Positions 23,854 to 34,597 of a DNA stretch of 64,000 bases are shown here, piece after piece; within the stretch, counting starts at the first letter, position 1, and each line of letters opens with the position of its first letter. The translations under genes were made by a program, and so were the position numbers. Source of the DNA: Patescibacteria group bacterium (GTDB taxonomy: Bacteria; Patescibacteriota; Patescibacteriia; Patescibacteriales; UBA12465); NCBI GenBank assembly GCA_041658665.1, contig JBAZZR010000002.1, positions 73,147 to 137,146 on the forward strand, in the 5' to 3' direction. A model generated the notes under the pieces. That model saw only the letters and a program-made list of their open reading frames with translations. It did no database searches and was not told where the DNA came from.

Positions 23854-25377
23854 TTACTTTAATAAGTAGTCCAAACTAATCTTGTAATCGGCAATGAGCT
23901 GTTTAACTTTAGCTTCGATCTCGGCGCTTAATTCTTTTTTCTCGGCAATTAATTTAATGGCCTCCTGACTGGCATCAGCTTGTTTATAAAGTCCGACTTC
24001 AAAATTATGAACTTGCTCGACCGGAACATCATCCATTAAACCATTAATTAAAGCATAATAAATTAAAACTTGTTTTGCAGCGGATAAAGGCTGATACTGA
24101 TCTTGTTTAAAAATTTCATATAACCGTTTACCTCTTTCTAATTTTTTCTTAGTATCTTCGTCTAAATCCGAACCGAATTGAGCAAAAGAGGCTAACTCCC
24201 GATACTGCGCCGCTTCGAGACGCATCTGCCCGGCCACTTTTTTCATCGCTTTAATTTGTGCCGCCGAACCAACCCGAGAAACTGATAAACCCGCGTTAAC
24301 GGCCGGACGATTACCTTTATAAAATAAATCCGGTTCCAAGAAAATCTGACCGTCAGTAATAGAAATAACATTAGTCGGAATATAGGCGGAAAGATCGCCA
24401 GCCTGAGTTTCAATAATCGGTAAAGCGGTAATTGAACCGCCACCGTAATCTTTATTTAACTTACAGGCTCTCTCTAGTAAACGAGAATGCAGATAAAAGA
24501 CATCGCCGGGATAAGCCTCGCGGCCGGGCGGCCTTCTTAGTAGTAACGAAATCTCCCGATAAGAAACGGCGTGTTTCGATAAATCATCATAAATAATTAA
24601 AACATCTTCGCCTTTGTCTAAAAAATATTCGGCCATGGCACAACCAGCATAAGGCGCAATATATAATAAAGAAGCGGAAGTCGAAGCGCCCGCTAAAACA
24701 ATTGTCGTATATTCCATCGCCCCGGCTTCGGTAAGTTTAGCGACAATATTCGCCACTTTAGACTCCTTCTGACCAATAGCGACATAAATACATTTCATGT
24801 TTTGGCCTTTCTGATTAATAATCGTATCGATAGCAATCGCCGTCTTACCGAGTTGGCGATCGCCAATAATAAGTTCCCTCTGACCGCGGCCAATCGGAAT
24901 CATGGCATCAATTGCCTTAATGCCTGTTTGAACCGGTTCTTTGACAGACGCCCTAGTAATAACGCCCGGCGCAATCTTTTCAACAGGATAGAATTTAGAA
25001 CTAGCGATTTTTCCCTTACCGTCTAAGGGTTCGCCCAAAGGATTGACTACTCGACCGATCAGCTCTTCGCCGACGGGAACTTCTAAAATTCTCTTCGTCG
25101 CTAAAACTTCATCGCCCTCTTTAATCGCGGTATAATCTCCTAAAATAATCGCCCCGACCTGATTCTCTTCTAAATTCAAAGCGACTCCCGCTACCTCGCC
25201 GCGGTCCGTCTTAAACATTAAAATTTCGCTCATCATCGCTTCGTCTAAACCAGATATAAGAGCGATGCCATCGGAAACTTTTAAAACTTGGCCGATCGAC
25301 TTTTCGCTCGTCTCCGTTTTAAAATCGGCAATTTCTTTTTTTAATTGTTCGACGATAAAATCTTTCGTAGTTGACAT
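23854..25377 (-). CDS. atpA: ATP synthase F1 alpha
   Basis: [54 protein letters not shown]. Confidence 0.97.
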   Translation of the reverse strand: MSTTKDFIVEQLKKEIADFKTETSEKSIGQVLKVSDGIALISGLDEAMMSEILMFKTDRGEVAGVALNLEENQVGAIILGDYTAIKEGDEVLATKRILEVPVGEELIGRVVNPLGEPLDGKGKIASSKFYPVEKIAPGVITRASVKEPVQTGIKAIDAMIPIGRGQRELIIGDRQLGKTAIAIDTIINQKGQNMKCIYVAIGQKESKVANIVAKLTEAGAMEYTTIVLAGASTSASLLYIAPYAGCAMAEYFLDKGEDVLIIYDDLSKHAVSYREISLLLRRPPGREAYPGDVFYLHSRLLERACKLNKDYGGGSITALPIIETQAGDLSAYIPTNVISITDGQIFLEPDLFYKGNRPAVNAGLSVSRVGSAAQIKAMKKVAGQMRLEAAQYRELASFAQFGSDLDEDTKKKLERGKRLYEIFKQDQYQPLSAAKQVLIYYALINGLMDDVPVEQVHNFEVGLYKQADASQEAIKLIAEKKELSAEIEAKVKQLIADYKISLDYLLK

Positions 25378-25393
25378 ATGATTATACTAAAAA

Positions 25394-25795
25394 CTAATTA
25401 CTAATTTTATTTTTTAAAGCTTCTAGGCTACTGGCGACGCTACCATCAATAATTCGATTATTATATTTTAAAATAAAACCGCCAATCAGGCTCTGATCTA
25501 TTTTTTCTAAAAGACTAATTTTCTTAGCCGCGGTTTTCTCCTTAAGATATTCGACTAAATATTGACTGCTGGAGCGCTCGAGCGGACGAGCGGATTGAAG
25601 GAGGGCAAAAATTTCTCCTTCTTCCTTTGACCAAATCGTTTGAAAAATTCTGATGATTTCTCCTAATTTAGCCTGATCACGATTATGGCCAATAATAAAA
25701 GCAAATTTTTTTAAAATACCGGACAACTCGGTTTTGCTGTGCCCCTGCGCCGCTTGGTATAAGCTCTCTGCATATTGTCGCGCCGAAATTTTCAT
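25394..25795 (-). CDS. atpH: ATP synthase F1 delta (OSCP), short form
   Basis: 133 aa. The C-terminal LIGGFILKYNNRIIDGSVASSL motif and its operon position support the call. It is shorter than the usual ~180 aa. Confidence 0.7.
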   Translation of the reverse strand: MKISARQYAESLYQAAQGHSKTELSGILKKFAFIIGHNRDQAKLGEIIRIFQTIWSKEEGEIFALLQSARPLERSSSQYLVEYLKEKTAAKKISLLEKIDQSLIGGFILKYNNRIIDGSVASSLEALKNKISN

Positions 25796-25797
25796 AT

Positions 25798-26286
25798 TTA
25801 TTTTACCAATTTCTTGATTAATTCCGAATCTAAAGCGCTAGTCATTTTTTCATTCAATAATTTTTCGACGGTCAAAACTACTAGGTCCGCCACCTCTTTC
25901 TTAATTTCTTTCAAGGTTTCCGCCTTATCTCTAATTAATTTAGCTTTTTCATTATTGATAACCTGACCCACTTCTTCCCGGGCTTTCGCTACTAATTCCG
26001 CACGATTTTCTTCGCCTCGCCGGCCGGCCTCTTCGATAATATCATTCGCCTGTTTTCTGGCGGCGATAATAATTTCTTCTTTCTCCTTTAAGCTGAGCGT
26101 TAAACGTTTTTCTATTTCGTCAGCGTCTTGCAAACTTTTAGCTATTTTTTCCGAACGCTCGCTCATCACTTTAACGAGCGGCTTAAAAGCTAAAAAATAT
26201 AAAACCGCAAAAACAATCGCAAAGTTAACCAACTGGGCGACTAGTAAACCGAAATCGATATGAAAAGTAGAAATTAATGATTCCAT
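25798..26286 (-). CDS. atpF: ATP synthase Fo subunit b
   Basis: One N-terminal TM helix, then a long charged helix (KPL.K....R...I...L.DA). Confidence 0.8.
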   Translation of the reverse strand: MESLISTFHIDFGLLVAQLVNFAIVFAVLYFLAFKPLVKVMSERSEKIAKSLQDADEIEKRLTLSLKEKEEIIIAARKQANDIIEEAGRRGEENRAELVAKAREEVGQVINNEKAKLIRDKAETLKEIKKEVADLVVLTVEKLLNEKMTSALDSELIKKLVK

Positions 26287-26385
26287 ACGAATAGACTAAA
26301 TTATAAAATTGAAAGTGTTAAATCTTAAACTTAATAATACTTTCGCGTTTTCCCCCGGCTCAGCCAGAGGAAATCCGCCAAATTA

Positions 26386-26610
<225 letters not shown>

Positions 26611-26652
26611 TTAACGGGCGAAAGCCCGCTAATAGCCTTTATTTAAATTTGA

Positions 26653-27465
26653 TTAATGTTCTTCAGTTGACGTATTAATGGTTAAATATGTTAAAATTAA
26701 CATCGCGAAAATTAAAGCTTGAATTAAACCGACTAAAACTTCTAAAAAAAGAAAAGGGATTGGTGCTCCGTATGCGAGAATCGCAGAAATCGAAGCGAGT
26801 AAAACTTCCCCGGCGAAAATATTGCCGAAGAGACGAAAAGATAGACTGGCTATTTTAGCTAATTCACCAACTATTTCAATTAAACCGACAAAAGCTTTAA
26901 TCGGATTAGTTAAAATAATCATCGGATCCTTTTTAATCTTTTTAGGAATATCTAGAAAAGCCTTGATATTAATAAACTTATTTAGATATGACCACCAACC
27001 AACGGCTAAAACCCCAAAAATATGGCTAATGACTACCCCTAAAGTCGCTAAAGCAAGAGTAGTATTAATGTCGGCGGTTGCGCCCCGTAAATAAGGAATA
27101 AATAATCTTTCCTCGCCCGATTGAACAATCTGACCGATTGAACCGACGCCGGGCAAAATCCCCATCCAATTATTAACCAGAATAAAAAAGAAAAAAGCTA
27201 AAACAATTGGTGCAAATTTTAAAGATCTTCGGCGACTCCCGGTCACATCATCAAAGATTCCCAAGAAACCCTCAATAATCATTTCCAAAGTATTTTGCAA
27301 GCCGGAGGGCACGGTTTTAATACTTCGTTTAACTAAAATGGCAATAATTAAAATAATTATTAAAGCTAAGCTAGAAGTCAAAAGAGCGTTAGTAAGCGGA
27401 AAATTACCGATATGAGCAATCGGTTCAGCATACAAAGTATTTTCATGAATTAATTCTTCGGCCAT
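26653..27465 (-). CDS. atpB: ATP synthase Fo subunit a
   Basis: LSFRLFGNIFAGE motif in a multi-TM protein. Confidence 0.9.
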   Translation of the reverse strand: MAEELIHENTLYAEPIAHIGNFPLTNALLTSSLALIIILIIAILVKRSIKTVPSGLQNTLEMIIEGFLGIFDDVTGSRRRSLKFAPIVLAFFFFILVNNWMGILPGVGSIGQIVQSGEERLFIPYLRGATADINTTLALATLGVVISHIFGVLAVGWWSYLNKFINIKAFLDIPKKIKKDPMIILTNPIKAFVGLIEIVGELAKIASLSFRLFGNIFAGEVLLASISAILAYGAPIPFLFLEVLVGLIQALIFAMLILTYLTINTSTEEH

Positions 27466-27476
27466 GCTAATAATAA

Positions 27477-27761
27477 TTATACTTTTTTATTTTTATTCTT
27501 TTCTGTTAAATAGGCCCGCTCGACTCGCTTAAATTCTTTAACCGCACTAAGCGCTAAACCAAACATCGAAATAAGAAAACAGCCAGCGATGGTGATTAAG
27601 AATAACCACGGTTCGGTATCAAATTGACGATCGAGCCACTGACCAATAAATAAACCAATGATTACCGGGAAAGCAATCCAGGCCGAAATGTTGGCCATAA
27701 CTCTGAGAGCCAGATTCCAAGAATCATTTTTCATATCTTTAACAGTTTTTTTATAGCGCAA
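27477..27761 (-). CDS. AtpZ/AtpI-like small membrane protein
   Basis: 94 aa, two TM helices, first gene of the atp operon. Confidence 0.55.
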   Translation of the reverse strand: MRYKKTVKDMKNDSWNLALRVMANISAWIAFPVIIGLFIGQWLDRQFDTEPWLFLITIAGCFLISMFGLALSAVKEFKRVERAYLTEKNKNKKV

Positions 27762-27815
27762 AAAACCTTAAGTGTCAACCCTCTTATTTTTCTCAGTCGA
27801 GCTTAACTTTTAAGC

Positions 27816-28682
27816 TTAGATTCGAAAAAATGATCGCGCCGTTCCGGTGGTAATCTCCGCTACCTTTTCAATCTTTATCCCTCTTATATCCGCAATTCGA
27901 TTAGCTACATATTGAACAAGAATTGGTTCATTGCGCTGACCGCGGTAAGGTTCGGGAGTCATGTACGGCGTATCAGTTTCAATCATTAAACGATCTAAGG
28001 GTATTTTTCTAATAACGTCATCCCATTGTTTACTAAAGGTAATTAAACCCGTGAAAGAAATAAGCAAACCTAATTTAAAATATTTCCAAGCTAAATCTTC
28101 ATCACCAGAAAAACAATGGATAACTCCCCAAGGACGATCGCTCGGAATAAGCTGACCGTATTCCTTCTTAAACTCTTGTAAAATTAGCAGTAAGTCATCA
28201 TGAGCTTGACGACAGTGAATAATCGCCGGTAAATCCAGACTCCGAGCTAAAAGAAGCTGCTCGGCAAAAACTTCTTGCTGTTTTTTCTTAAGAGCGGGTA
28301 AATCTTTCGTAGGATCAAGATGATAATAGTCTAGGCCAATTTCCCCGATAGCCACTACTTTCTCGAATTTCGCAATTTTTTCATAACTATCATAATCAAA
28401 TTCCTCCTCGCGGGCAATAAATCCTGAGGGATTACTATCCTCGCTAGTATCTACGAGACCATTTTCTAAATGGACTGGATGTAAACCTACGGCCGCATAA
28501 ACGCCCCGCTCATATTTATTGGCGTAGTCAAGCGCGCGATTAGAAGTCCGCAGTTCTGAGCCAACTAAAATCATCCAAGTATCATTATCTAAAGACCGAC
28601 GAATAACCTCATCGGCATCATCTTTAAAAGCGGCAAAATTAACATGAGCATGAGTATCAATAAACATAAAAACTAATTTCAA
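27816..28682 (-). CDS. tatD: TatD-family metal-dependent hydrolase
   Basis: FIDTHAHV, GEIGLDYY, IHCR, ETDTPY. Confidence 0.85.
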   Translation of the reverse strand: MKLVFMFIDTHAHVNFAAFKDDADEVIRRSLDNDTWMILVGSELRTSNRALDYANKYERGVYAAVGLHPVHLENGLVDTSEDSNPSGFIAREEEFDYDSYEKIAKFEKVVAIGEIGLDYYHLDPTKDLPALKKKQQEVFAEQLLLARSLDLPAIIHCRQAHDDLLLILQEFKKEYGQLIPSDRPWGVIHCFSGDEDLAWKYFKLGLLISFTGLITFSKQWDDVIRKIPLDRLMIETDTPYMTPEPYRGQRNEPILVQYVANRIADIRGIKIEKVAEITTGTARSFFRI

Positions 28683-28696
28683 TAAATATCCTATCT

Positions 28697-28721
28697 AAAA
28701 GACGCGAACCGCGCGTCTTTT
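28697..28721. terminator. Strong GC hairpin terminator
   Basis: AAAAGACGCG-aacc-GCGCGTCTTTT. Confidence 0.65.
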
Positions 28722-28739
28722 ATCCTCTTTTATAAAATA

Positions 28740-28904
28740 TTATTTAACTTGGTCGTTACTCGATGTTTGATTTGGCTGGTCGCTAGGAGCGGCGGGAGCA
28801 GCCGGCGTCGCTGCTTGATCAGTTTCTCCTACTTTTCCCATATGACATTTACACTCGCAATTAGGACCGCATAATTTCTTAAACCATTTGCAAAAAATAC
28901 ACAT
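28740..28904 (-). CDS. Small Cys-rich protein (54 aa), below the ORF-track cutoff
   Basis: My translation: MCIFCKWFKKLCGPNCECKCHMGKVGETDQAATPAAPAAPSDQPNQTSSNDQVK. It has its own TTGACT-N16-TATAAT promoter upstream and a GC hairpin terminator downstream. Confidence 0.45.
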   Translation of the reverse strand: MCIFCKWFKKLCGPNCECKCHMGKVGETDQAATPAAPAAPSDQPNQTSSNDQVK

Positions 28905-28951
28905 AAAATTTACGAAATTAAGTAATTAAATTAGCAAAATATCTTATATTT

Positions 28952-28979
28952 ATTATAGCATTTAAGCCACAAAAGTCAA
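28952..28979 (-). promoter_or_regulatory. Sigma-70-type promoter for the small Cys-rich ORF
   Basis: On the minus strand: TTGACT-N16-TATAAT, 10 nt after the dnaJ stop. Confidence 0.6.
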
Positions 28980-28988
28980 TCTATTGTA

Positions 28989-30083
28989 TTATATATCTAA
29001 AGCCTCTAAAAGCTGCTGTTGTTTATGATTAAGTCCCACCGGTATCTTCACAATAACTTTCACATACTGATCACCAGTCCCTCGATTGTGAAGTTTCGGT
29101 ACGCCCTTTTCTCTTAATTTAAAAATAGTGCCCGATTGAGTCCCCTCAGGAATCTTTAACTTTAAAGACCCGTGGATAGTCTTAATTTCTATCTTATCGC
29201 CTAAAATCGCCTGCTTAACACTAATTGTCTCCTCGCTACGAATATCATAAACCTCACGAATAAATTTACTATGTGGCTTAATTTTAACGCGCAAATATAA
29301 ATCTCCGGCCGCTGATCCTTTCGCTCCGGCCTCTCCTTGACCGCTTAAACGAATGGATTCGCCGTCATTAATCCCAGCCGGGATTTTAACCGTTAGCTTA
29401 ACTTGCTCACGGCTAATTCCTTTTCCGTCACAATGAGTACAAATTTGGCTATAAATTTTCCCTTCGCCGTCACAATGGGTACAGGTAGTCTGAGTTTGAA
29501 TATTGCCTAAAATAGTTCGTTGGACTCGAGATACTCGTCCGGCGCCACCGCAAGTCTTACAAGTTTCAATTTTTGCTCCCGGTTCTGCCCCATTTCCTTG
29601 GCAATGACCACAAATAGTATTTTTTGGGAAACTAATTTCTTTTTCGGCGCCAAAGGCCGCCTCCATAAATTCCAGAGATATATTCATTTCTAAATCGCGA
29701 CCGCGCGTTGGCCGTTTAGTCGAACGGCCCGAACCACCGCCAAAACCGAAAATATCGCTAAAGCCGCCGAACATATCACCTAAATCACCAAAATCAAAAT
29801 TTATGCCCTCGCCATTTTGAAAACCAGAAAAGCCTTGCTGGCCAAAACCATTCGCCCCGCCAAAACCACCTTGGTTAAAAGCGGCCGAACCGAATTGATC
29901 ATAACGTTGGCGTTTTTCGGCATTGCCTAAAACCTGATAAGCTTCGTTAAGTTCTTTAAACTTTTCCGTATTACCACCTTTATCCGGATGATGCTCATGC
30001 GCTTTTTTGCGAAAAGCGGTTTTTATTTCATCGGCGTTAGCTTTTTTGTTAACCCCTAATATATCGTAATAATCTTTAGGCAT
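28989..30083 (-). CDS. dnaJ: Chaperone DnaJ
   Basis: J domain DYYDILGV...HPDK, a G/F-rich region, and four CxxCxGxG zinc motifs. Confidence 0.95.
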   Translation of the reverse strand: MPKDYYDILGVNKKANADEIKTAFRKKAHEHHPDKGGNTEKFKELNEAYQVLGNAEKRQRYDQFGSAAFNQGGFGGANGFGQQGFSGFQNGEGINFDFGDLGDMFGGFSDIFGFGGGSGRSTKRPTRGRDLEMNISLEFMEAAFGAEKEISFPKNTICGHCQGNGAEPGAKIETCKTCGGAGRVSRVQRTILGNIQTQTTCTHCDGEGKIYSQICTHCDGKGISREQVKLTVKIPAGINDGESIRLSGQGEAGAKGSAAGDLYLRVKIKPHSKFIREVYDIRSEETISVKQAILGDKIEIKTIHGSLKLKIPEGTQSGTIFKLREKGVPKLHNRGTGDQYVKVIVKIPVGLNHKQQQLLEALDI

Positions 30084-30121
30084 AATTATCCTTTTAGTTT
30101 AAGGTTCTAATAATTTTATTT

Positions 30122-31336
30122 TTAAATTCGATTATTCCGGCAAATATCGGCATAAAACTGTGCCGATGGCCGAGCGACTCTTTCAAAAGTCTGATAATTA
30201 ACTTCATACAAGCCGAACCGGGGAGCAAAACCATGTGACCACTCAAAATTATCAATGAGCGACCAATGGAAATAGCCCTTAACCATAACGCCTTCATTAA
30301 TAGCTCGCAAAGTGGATCGCAGAATTTCCTGAATATACCAAGAACGGTGTTGATCGCCTTTATCGGCTAGTCCATTTTCAGTAATATAAATCGGTAAATT
30401 ATATTTTTTTAAATCTTTTAATAAATAATAAATTCCTTCCGGATATAAACCCCACTGTAAATCCGAGTGCTTATCATAATGATAAGAACGACCGAATCCA
30501 TAATTTATTAAGTTATGAAAATAATAATTCAAACCGATAAAATCTTGGTAACCTTTAAGCTTATCTAAAAAACGAAAATTCCACCACCAATCCGCCCCAT
30601 ATTTTAAAACTCGATTAATCAGAGAATTATTAGCGGCCGCAAAATAAATATTATGTTTAGCAATGCCAACCTGATTATCATTATCGATGTTTTTAATAAT
30701 ACCATAAGCTAACTGATGGGCCGCCGCTAAATTATTAATCACTCGCCAAGCGGCCAGAGGATTTTTCTTCTGCGGTGGCCATTCGCCAGCCAAATAACTT
30801 TGCGAAGTATAAACTAGCGGCTCATTCAAAGTAATCCAAAAATTTACTTCCGAATTAAGATAAGTTGTTACTTGTTTCACAAAACCACCAAAAGCTTTAA
30901 TTGTATATTTATTTTCCCAACCACCCCTATCTTTTAGCCAAAGCGGGAGCGGCCAATGCCAAAGCGTTACCAGTGGTTCAATCTTATTCGCCCGTAACTT
31001 TTTAATAAATTCCAAATAATGCGCTAGAGCTTCTTCATTAAACTTTCCTTCCTCTGGCTCAATCCGCGACCAATCCACAGAAAAACGATAAGCATTAACC
31101 CCTAATTCTTTAAGGCAATAAATATCCGCATTATTATTAACATAAGAGTCAGCGGCTGCGCCGGAAATAAAATCTTGCGGATCTAATTGTTTCTTCGCTA
31201 ATTCGGCTAAACGAGTTGGTGATTTTTCCCACTCCGACCAATCATTAATTAAGCCGCCCTCAATTTGATGGGCGGACGTCGCACAACCCCAAAAAAATTG
31301 GGGCGGAAAAATTAAAGTCTGGTTTTGTGTTTCCAT
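30122..31336 (-). CDS. Glycoside hydrolase family 1 beta-glucosidase
   Basis: F.WG.ATSAHQIEG, acid/base TLNEP, nucleophile ITENG, and the C-terminal W.L.DNFEW motif. Confidence 0.9.
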   Translation of the reverse strand: METQNQTLIFPPQFFWGCATSAHQIEGGLINDWSEWEKSPTRLAELAKKQLDPQDFISGAAADSYVNNNADIYCLKELGVNAYRFSVDWSRIEPEEGKFNEEALAHYLEFIKKLRANKIEPLVTLWHWPLPLWLKDRGGWENKYTIKAFGGFVKQVTTYLNSEVNFWITLNEPLVYTSQSYLAGEWPPQKKNPLAAWRVINNLAAAHQLAYGIIKNIDNDNQVGIAKHNIYFAAANNSLINRVLKYGADWWWNFRFLDKLKGYQDFIGLNYYFHNLINYGFGRSYHYDKHSDLQWGLYPEGIYYLLKDLKKYNLPIYITENGLADKGDQHRSWYIQEILRSTLRAINEGVMVKGYFHWSLIDNFEWSHGFAPRFGLYEVNYQTFERVARPSAQFYADICRNNRI

Positions 31337-31358
31337 CGGCGCTTCTAAAATAACTAAA

Positions 31359-33275
31359 TTATTTTTTCTCTTCTACTTCTCCCTCAACGACATTATCATT
31401 TTTTTTCTCAGCGTCAGCCGCGCCCGCCTGTCCGGCTTCAGCGCCCGCCTGCTCTGATCCAGCGACACCGGCTCCCGGCTGTTGATACATCGCCGCGCCG
31501 ATTCTTTGCGCGATCGTATTTATCTCTTCCATTTTCTTCTTTATCTCCTCAAGATTACCGGATTCTTTAGCTTTTTTAAGTTCAACGTTTTTATCTTCTA
31601 ATTCTTTTTTGTCTTCCGGCTTCATCTTATCTCCCGATTCTTTAATCATCTTTTCCATAGTGAAGTTGACTGCGTCCGCTTGGTTCTTAGTTTCCGCCTC
31701 TTCTTTTTTCTTTTTATCCTCTTCCGCGTGTAATTCGGCCTCTTTTTTCATCTTTTCAATTTCTTCTTTAGACAAACCAGAAGAAGCGGTAATCGCAATT
31801 TTTTGCTGTTTATTGGTCGCCTTATCGGTCGCTGAAACATTCAAAATGCCATTAGCATCTAAATCAAATTTAACTTCAATCTGTGGAATACCGCGGGGCG
31901 CTGACGGAATACCATCTAGAGTAAAATGCCCTAAAGTTTTATTATCATGCGCCATCGGCCGTTCTCCTTGAACAATGTGAATTTCTACCGCTGTTTGGCC
32001 ATCAGCCGCGGTAGAAAATATCTGTGACTTAGACGTTGGAATAGTAGTATTTCTCTCAATAAGCGGAGTCGCCACACTGCCTAGAGTTTCAATGCCTAAC
32101 GTAAGCGGCGTCACATCTAATAATAAAACATCTTTAACGTCCCCTTGCAGAACCCCGGCTTGTACGGCCGCGCCGAGCGCGACTACTTCGTCGGGATTAA
32201 CGCTTAAATTAGGCTCCTTACCAAAAAATTCTTTAACTTTCTGAAGGACTAAAGGCATACGCGTCATCCCGCCGACCATTAACACCTCATTAATCTCACT
32301 TAACTGAAAACCCGAATCAGCCAGCGCTTTCTTACAAGGCTCAACCGTTTTTTCGACAAGATCCATAACCAAAGCCTCTAATTTAGCGCGCGATATTTTC
32401 ATGACTAAATGTTTCGGGCCGTTGGCATCGGTCGTAATAAACGGCTGATTAATTTCTGTTTCTTGAGCAGTCGATAATTCAATCTTTGCTTTCTCGGCCG
32501 ACTCTTTAATACGTTGAAGGGCTAGAGTATCTTTCGATAGATCAATCCCTTGATCCTTTTTAAATTCTTCTAAAATCCAAGCAATAATCCGCTGATCGAA
32601 ATCCTCGCCGCCTAAATGGGTATCGCCGTTAGTTGATTTAACTTCAACGGTGTCGGCAGAAATATCCAAAACCGAAACATCAAAAGTCCCACCACCTAAA
32701 TCATAGACGACAATTTTTTGCCCTTGTTTCTTATCAAAGCCATAGGCTAAAGCCGCGGCCGTCGGTTCGTTAATAATTCTTTTAACGTCTAAACCCGCAA
32801 TTAACCCGGCGTCTTTAGTTGCTTGACGTTGGGAATCGTTAAAATAAGCGGGTACAGTGATAATCGCTTCGGTAATTTTTTCGCCCAATTTCGCTTCGGC
32901 ATCCGCCTTCAATTTTGAAAGTATCATCGCTGAAATTTCCTGCGGTGTATAATCTTTAGCATCCATTTTTACTTTTACACCTTCCCCAGCTTGTAATATT
33001 TTATAGGGCGCGGTTTTTAAATCGCGAGTCACTTCATCTTCAGAAAAATGACGGCCGATTAAACGCTTGACCGCATAAACGGTATTTTCCGGATTAATAA
33101 CCGCCTGACGCTTAGCCGCTTGGCCAACAATTCGCTCGCCATTTTTAGAAATCGCCACGACTGACGGGGTTGTCCGATTACCTTCGATGTTTTCAATGAT
33201 TTTCGGAAGACCACCCTCCATGATGGCCATAGCGGAATTAGTAGTTCCTAAATCGATGCCTAAAATCTTTGCCAT
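31359..33275 (-). CDS. dnaK: Chaperone DnaK (Hsp70)
   Basis: [26 protein letters not shown]. Confidence 0.97.
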   Translation of the reverse strand: MAKILGIDLGTTNSAMAIMEGGLPKIIENIEGNRTTPSVVAISKNGERIVGQAAKRQAVINPENTVYAVKRLIGRHFSEDEVTRDLKTAPYKILQAGEGVKVKMDAKDYTPQEISAMILSKLKADAEAKLGEKITEAIITVPAYFNDSQRQATKDAGLIAGLDVKRIINEPTAAALAYGFDKKQGQKIVVYDLGGGTFDVSVLDISADTVEVKSTNGDTHLGGEDFDQRIIAWILEEFKKDQGIDLSKDTLALQRIKESAEKAKIELSTAQETEINQPFITTDANGPKHLVMKISRAKLEALVMDLVEKTVEPCKKALADSGFQLSEINEVLMVGGMTRMPLVLQKVKEFFGKEPNLSVNPDEVVALGAAVQAGVLQGDVKDVLLLDVTPLTLGIETLGSVATPLIERNTTIPTSKSQIFSTAADGQTAVEIHIVQGERPMAHDNKTLGHFTLDGIPSAPRGIPQIEVKFDLDANGILNVSATDKATNKQQKIAITASSGLSKEEIEKMKKEAELHAEEDKKKKEEAETKNQADAVNFTMEKMIKESGDKMKPEDKKELEDKNVELKKAKESGNLEEIKKKMEEINTIAQRIGAAMYQQPGAGVAGSEQAGAEAGQAGAADAEKKNDNVVEGEVEEKK

Positions 33276-33379
33276 ATGTTTTTAATAATATTTTATAATT
33301 AAATTAATTTTCTTATTAATTATTAACTAATTTCCGATTCGCTTTTTCTGGATCAGCAAATCGGTCAATCTGATAATAG

Positions 33380-33811
33380 TTATTTCTTCTTATTCTGAAT
33401 TTTAATCGTTTTTGGTTTAACTTCGGAGACTTTCGGTACGGTAATCTTCAAAACACCGTCTTCATTAATTGCACTAGCCGCGTCACCGTCAACTTTCGTC
33501 GGTAAAGGAATCGAACGATAAAAGGAACCACGCCGAATCTCCTTGCGGTAATAATTTTTATCTTCGACCTCGCTCTTTTTCTCGCTTTCACCTTTAATAG
33601 TCAAAACATTATTTTCAATGGAAATATCCACTTTCTCCGGATCAATACCACCGAGTTGTGTTTCAATAATAATATTATCTTTATCTTCATATATGTCGAC
33701 AGCGGGAGTAAAGCCGAATTGGCTACCCCGCACCGCTGGCAACATTTCGCCCATCATTTTTTCCATATCGTCGTATTCTGGAAAAAACGGAGCCCATTTT
33801 ATAAGTGACAT
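33380..33811 (-). CDS. Small heat-shock protein (Hsp20/alpha-crystallin)
   Basis: Alpha-crystallin domain ...VDIYEDKDNIIIETQLGG...LTIKGE...F.R...LP......A....DGVLKITVPK. The track ORF starts at an upstream TTG (33847); ATG at 33811 (MSLIKW) is the more likely start. Confidence 0.85.
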   Translation of the reverse strand: MSLIKWAPFFPEYDDMEKMMGEMLPAVRGSQFGFTPAVDIYEDKDNIIIETQLGGIDPEKVDISIENNVLTIKGESEKKSEVEDKNYYRKEIRRGSFYRSIPLPTKVDGDAASAINEDGVLKITVPKVSEVKPKTIKIQNKKK

Positions 33812-33892
33812 AATTTTATTATTTCTCCCTATAAAACTTAGCCTCAAGCCAAGTAGATATTAAAGAGAAAGTTACCTTAACCAGGATTAATT

Positions 33893-34597
33893 TTATTCTA
33901 CTATTACTTTCGCCGGCCTAATCACTTTACCGTTTAACTTATAGCCAGGCATGATTTCTTGTTTAACTGTTTCTCCCGTGCCGTCGATCGCCTCCATAGT
34001 ATTATGATCAAACTTTTCGCCCATAGTTTTTACTTCTTCCACACCGCGGACATTCAAAACTTCTTTAAATTGTTTCAAAACGTGCCTGACACCTTCGACC
34101 CAAGCATTCTTACTCTCCTCTTCGCTTAAACCAGCTAAAGACATTTTTAGATGATCATAGACCGGTAAAATATCGTAGAGAAAGTCACTTAAAGCATACT
34201 TTATAAACTCTGTTCTATCTTTAGCGGTTTGTTTTAATAAATTCTGATAATCGGCTAAAGCTCGCTTATATTGATGCTCCCAGGGCTCCTCCTCTTCGGC
34301 TCGTAAAAATGTAAAACGAGGTTTATTCTCTCCGTTAATTTCCTTAAAACCTAAAAATTCCGACTGCGAGCGCGCCCATATTTTACCATCTAACACACTT
34401 TGATAAATTACCAATTCACTTTTATGATCCTTAGTGTCAAAAGCAGTCAATAAGACTCGATATTCATTACCTGTGTGACAAAGATAAACCCCTTTCTTAA
34501 CCGCTGCTTGGTCGTCAGCTTGGTTATTACTTTCTAACTTATTAATTTCCTGATCATTTTCCTGATCATTAAACTTTTTTTCTCCCATATTATTCAA
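33893..34597 (-). CDS. grpE: GrpE nucleotide exchange factor with an N-terminal DUF1653-like domain
   Basis: C-terminus FDHNTMEAI......V.QE..PGYKLNGKVIRPAKV matches GrpE. Residues ~35-100 (GVYLCHTGNEYRVL...ELVIYQSVLDGKIWARSQSEFLG....NKPRFTFL) match my recollection of the DUF1653 pattern. Confidence 0.8.
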   Translation of the reverse strand: MNNMGEKKFNDQENDQEINKLESNNQADDQAAVKKGVYLCHTGNEYRVLLTAFDTKDHKSELVIYQSVLDGKIWARSQSEFLGFKEINGENKPRFTFLRAEEEEPWEHQYKRALADYQNLLKQTAKDRTEFIKYALSDFLYDILPVYDHLKMSLAGLSEEESKNAWVEGVRHVLKQFKEVLNVRGVEEVKTMGEKFDHNTMEAIDGTGETVKQEIMPGYKLNGKVIRPAKVIVE

